A stretch of DNA of 64,000 bases from Actinomycetota bacterium (GTDB taxonomy: Bacteria; Actinomycetota; UBA4738; CALAEC01): positions 1,756-65,755 of the forward strand of contig DASYUI010000035.1 of assembly GCA_036001425.1 (NCBI GenBank), written 5' to 3'. Shown here one piece after another: positions 61,667 through 64,000 of this stretch. Position 1 is the stretch's first letter; each line of letters starts with the position of its first letter. Under the pieces are notes generated by a model that did no database searches, was not told the DNA's origin, and was given only the letters and a program-made list of their open reading frames with translations. Position numbers and translations under genes: made by a program.

Positions 61667-62062
61667 ATGAGACGGGTTGCAGTCCTCGCCGGCGTATCAG
61701 TCCTTCTCGCGTTCTCGGCACCGGCCCGGGCTGACACACCTCCCTTCGTATTCCCCGACGGGTGCTGCTTCTATGAGGAGACCACAGTGCGCACCGTGGT
61801 GCCTCCGGCAGCCACTCCTCAGGAGGGGAGGGACAACTTCTACGGGATCGTGGACGGCGCCTCAGGCCAGAAAGGCGTAGTGGGGGTGGCCCCCGGGGAC
61901 GTCGGCTATCACGGTGGTCAGTGGAAGTTCTTCGAGGTCACGTGGAACGTCACGCCGTACCTGCTGACGTCCGAGGAGCAGGTACTCACCGCCCAAGCCG
62001 CTGGCGACGTGACCGTCACTCGGGTACCTGGGGCCGACTTCAAGTGCCCGATCCAGCTGTAG
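61667..62062 (+). CDS. small secreted protein, unknown function
   Basis: RBS GAGAGGAGG. Signal peptide 'MRRVAVLAGVSVLLAFSAPARA'. Mature part has a CC pair and one late Cys. Confidence 0.65.
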   Translation: MRRVAVLAGVSVLLAFSAPARADTPPFVFPDGCCFYEETTVRTVVPPAATPQEGRDNFYGIVDGASGQKGVVGVAPGDVGYHGGQWKFFEVTWNVTPYLLTSEEQVLTAQAAGDVTVTRVPGADFKCPIQL

Positions 62063-62387
62063 GGGTTAGCTCGTAGCACAGCGATGCAGGGTTCCGGCGG
62101 GATGTCACAGTGCGCACTGGCGTCCCGCCCGAGCCTGACGAAGTGTCTTTCGACTGAAACACGGAGGGTCGCGGTTCGCGCGGCCCTCCGTCCCGCTTCC
62201 GGGGTCCCGGGCCGGAGGGTACCCGAAAGTGCTCAGCGGACTAGGCAGGACGTCGAGGCGACCTACCGACTATTCGAGCGCCAATCGCTCAGAGAGGCTC
62301 CCGGCAGCAGCCATACGGAGCGCGGGGATCCCGCCGGAACTGTGCCGTCGTCACGAACTCTCCCCCGCTCCCCGGCTACCGTCGGGC

Positions 62388-63533
62388 ATGAACCGGGACG
62401 AAAGGAAACAGATGGGCACCGATCGGATCGGAAGACGGGACTTCCTGGCCTGGGCTTCCCGACGAGGGCTCGGGATCGGCCTGGCCGGTGGGGCTCTCCC
62501 GGCCCTTCTGGCCGCGTGCGCGACGGGGGCCGAGCAAGCGACCCGAAAGCCCGCCACGCCTCGGCTTGCCGAGGGTCGGCCGATCGTCGGCGACGTGCTC
62601 GACTTCGCGCTCACATCCGACGAGTGGGAGGGCGCCTTCGGCTTCGTCACCTTGAAGCTCCACGAGGGCGTGGTGGGCGGGAGCCGCGTTTTCTTCATCC
62701 GGACCGATACCTCGGACCAGGTCCTGGCGGTGCAGGAAGGACTCGTCTTCGTCCCCAGGCTCGCTGTCCTGGCCGAGGAGCGTCGGACGGGGTCCTGGTA
62801 CGAGTTCGAGAACGGAATGGACGACCAGCCGATCGTGCTCTCCACCGACCCCGGCCGCGACGACTACGCCCCCACGTGGCGCGTCTCCCGGGCCCGGTGG
62901 AAGGCCTCCCTTCGAACCCTGACCTCCATGCGGGAAGTTGAGGCGGCTAGGAAGTCGGGGGAGCTCGCCGTGGAGAAGACGGGGATCGTCCTGAATGCTG
63001 CCGTAGTGAAGTGGTCCGGTGGCGAGATGCCGGTCGATACCGAGCTCCGAGAGTACCTGGGCGGCGGACAGCTCATCGAACCGCCGGATACCTCGGCGGG
63101 GGAAGTCACCTTCAAGCTCCACGAGTGCTTCCCGGGGGTGCGGTACATCGTGGCCGACGTCACCCTGGCCCCGATGGCCGAGGGGATGCACGTCGTCCAT
63201 TCGCCGGCCCTGGCCGGCGCCAGCGAGGCCGGGGCGACCGGTCGAACGAACGTGTTCATGAACGGGCTCGAAGGCCCCGGGCCGATGGGCTTCCAGCCGT
63301 CTGTGTTCGACTCCCAGGCCGGTGAGCCCGCCTGGAGCCCCTACTGGGACCACATGACCTACGCGTGGAAGGATGAGGCCTCCGCGCGAGTCCTGAAGAC
63401 CGAGCCAGAGGTGGTCCAGGCCCGGGACGCGGGAGAGCTCGACGAGTTCCCCGGCACCCCCGACACGAAGGGGGAGACGTTCACGGTGAACTGCCCGGTT
63501 CCTGTCCTCGCCCCGAACACCTTCCAGGGCTGA
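62388..63533 (+). CDS. Tat-signal lipoprotein, unknown function
   Basis: 'RIGRRDFLAWASRRGLGIGLAGGALPALLAAC' combines a twin-arginine motif with a lipobox. Two internally similar halves ('FVTLKLHEGV...' and 'VTFKLHECF...'). Confidence 0.7.
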   Translation: MNRDERKQMGTDRIGRRDFLAWASRRGLGIGLAGGALPALLAACATGAEQATRKPATPRLAEGRPIVGDVLDFALTSDEWEGAFGFVTLKLHEGVVGGSRVFFIRTDTSDQVLAVQEGLVFVPRLAVLAEERRTGSWYEFENGMDDQPIVLSTDPGRDDYAPTWRVSRARWKASLRTLTSMREVEAARKSGELAVEKTGIVLNAAVVKWSGGEMPVDTELREYLGGGQLIEPPDTSAGEVTFKLHECFPGVRYIVADVTLAPMAEGMHVVHSPALAGASEAGATGRTNVFMNGLEGPGPMGFQPSVFDSQAGEPAWSPYWDHMTYAWKDEASARVLKTEPEVVQARDAGELDEFPGTPDTKGETFTVNCPVPVLAPNTFQG

Positions 63534-63592
63534 CCCTTCACTGCGGGAATCCCCCGGCTCGTCGGGGGGTTGTGGTTTCTTGGGACCCGCTC

Positions 63593-64000
63593 GTGAGCGA
63601 CCACGCCTGCCTTCGGGAGACCGACCTCTTCCTCGGGCTCCTCCCCGAGGAGATGGCGTCGTGGGAGCGCCGCCTGCCGCTGCTCCGAGTCGCCGCCGGG
63701 GAACTGGTGTTCACTCCCCTCGACCGGTCTCGGGCCCTGTACATCGTGAAACGCGGCCGGGTACGCCTGTACCGCCTCTGGCAGGACGGCAGACAGGTGA
63801 CGCTGGGGGCGTTCGAGTCCGGCGAGGTCTTCGGGACGCTCGAGCTCTTCGGGGCAGCGGGACGGAACGCCTTTGCCGAGGCCGAACAGGATTCCCTGCT
63901 GTGCCTGCTCCGGGAGGAGGACCTGGGGGAACTCATTGGGCGCCACCCTGAGGTTGCTCTCCGGCTGCTACGGATCCTGGGAGCCCGGCTCGCCGCCGTC
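63593..64000 (+). CDS. Crp/Fnr family regulator (5' partial, runs off the window)
   Basis: Open frame from GTG 63593 to the window end. 'LFLGLLPEEMASWERRLPLLRVAAGELVFTP...ALYIVKRGRVRLYRLWQDGRQVTLG' is a cNMP-binding domain. Confidence 0.7.
   Translation, partial: MSDHACLRETDLFLGLLPEEMASWERRLPLLRVAAGELVFTPLDRSRALYIVKRGRVRLYRLWQDGRQVTLGAFESGEVFGTLELFGAAGRNAFAEAEQDSLLCLLREEDLGELIGRHPEVALRLLRILGARLAAV

Noticed and set aside
61152-61700. Intron-split tRNA (group I intron in the anticodon loop) to explain the tRNA 3' halves
   Set aside because: The required 5' exon (acceptor 5' strand, D-arm, anticodon 5' stem) is not found upstream of either fragment, even allowing G-U pairs.

Overview
GC-rich window with an Actinomycetota-like gene style: GGAGG ribosome-binding sites, frequent ATGA/GTGA stop-start overlaps, and many spurious antisense ORFs. 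All homology calls come from motif recognition by eye. No searches were run.

Layout:
- 0.2-9 kb: an HD-GYP/LuxR fusion regulator, a flavoprotein, tRNA-Val(TAC), a crotonase, several small proteins, and a STAND-ATPase regulator with a C-terminal SARP (wHTH+BTAD) module.
- 8.98-25.9 kb (minus strand): one tightly coupled 15-gene contractile injection system (CIS, phage-tail-like, Afp/PVC type) operon. Gene order is cap (DUF4255), AAA+ ATPase, DUF4157 zincin-like protein, sheath, tube, tail-assembly-chaperone-like gene, 52-aa ORF, DUF4157-containing tape-measure-like protein, second tube, LysM protein, VgrG spike, gp25, baseplate J, short gpI-like protein. The last gene encodes a zinc-ribbon / coiled-coil / TM / discoidin-like membrane protein. 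I could not find a tail-fibre, PAAR or classical toxin gene.
- 26-38.7 kb: a pseudo-receiver LuxR regulator, a bitopic membrane protein + M23 peptidase operon, a PD40 beta-propeller protein and a 2099-aa Sec-signal RTX protein. Shared TGCCCG-based motifs in four intergenic regions tie these genes to the CIS operon.
- 39-64 kb: mostly ordinary functions. These are a PRTase, an ANT-like and an AAC(2')-like enzyme, an MFS transporter, a large membrane protein, myo-inositol catabolism (iolB/C/E-like/G, iolD) with a CUT1 ABC importer, GNAT, BioY, Trx/Prx-like, Crp/Fnr, VOC and secreted proteins.

No rRNA, CRISPR array, transposase or integrase was seen.

Most interesting observations:
- the reduced, fibre-less CIS with a translationally coupled membrane protein
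- a candidate -1 frameshift heptamer at the chaperone junction
- a [VIA]QRAP-repeat tape-measure-like protein
- the recurrent operator-like motifs
- tRNA-Thr-like 3' half fragments
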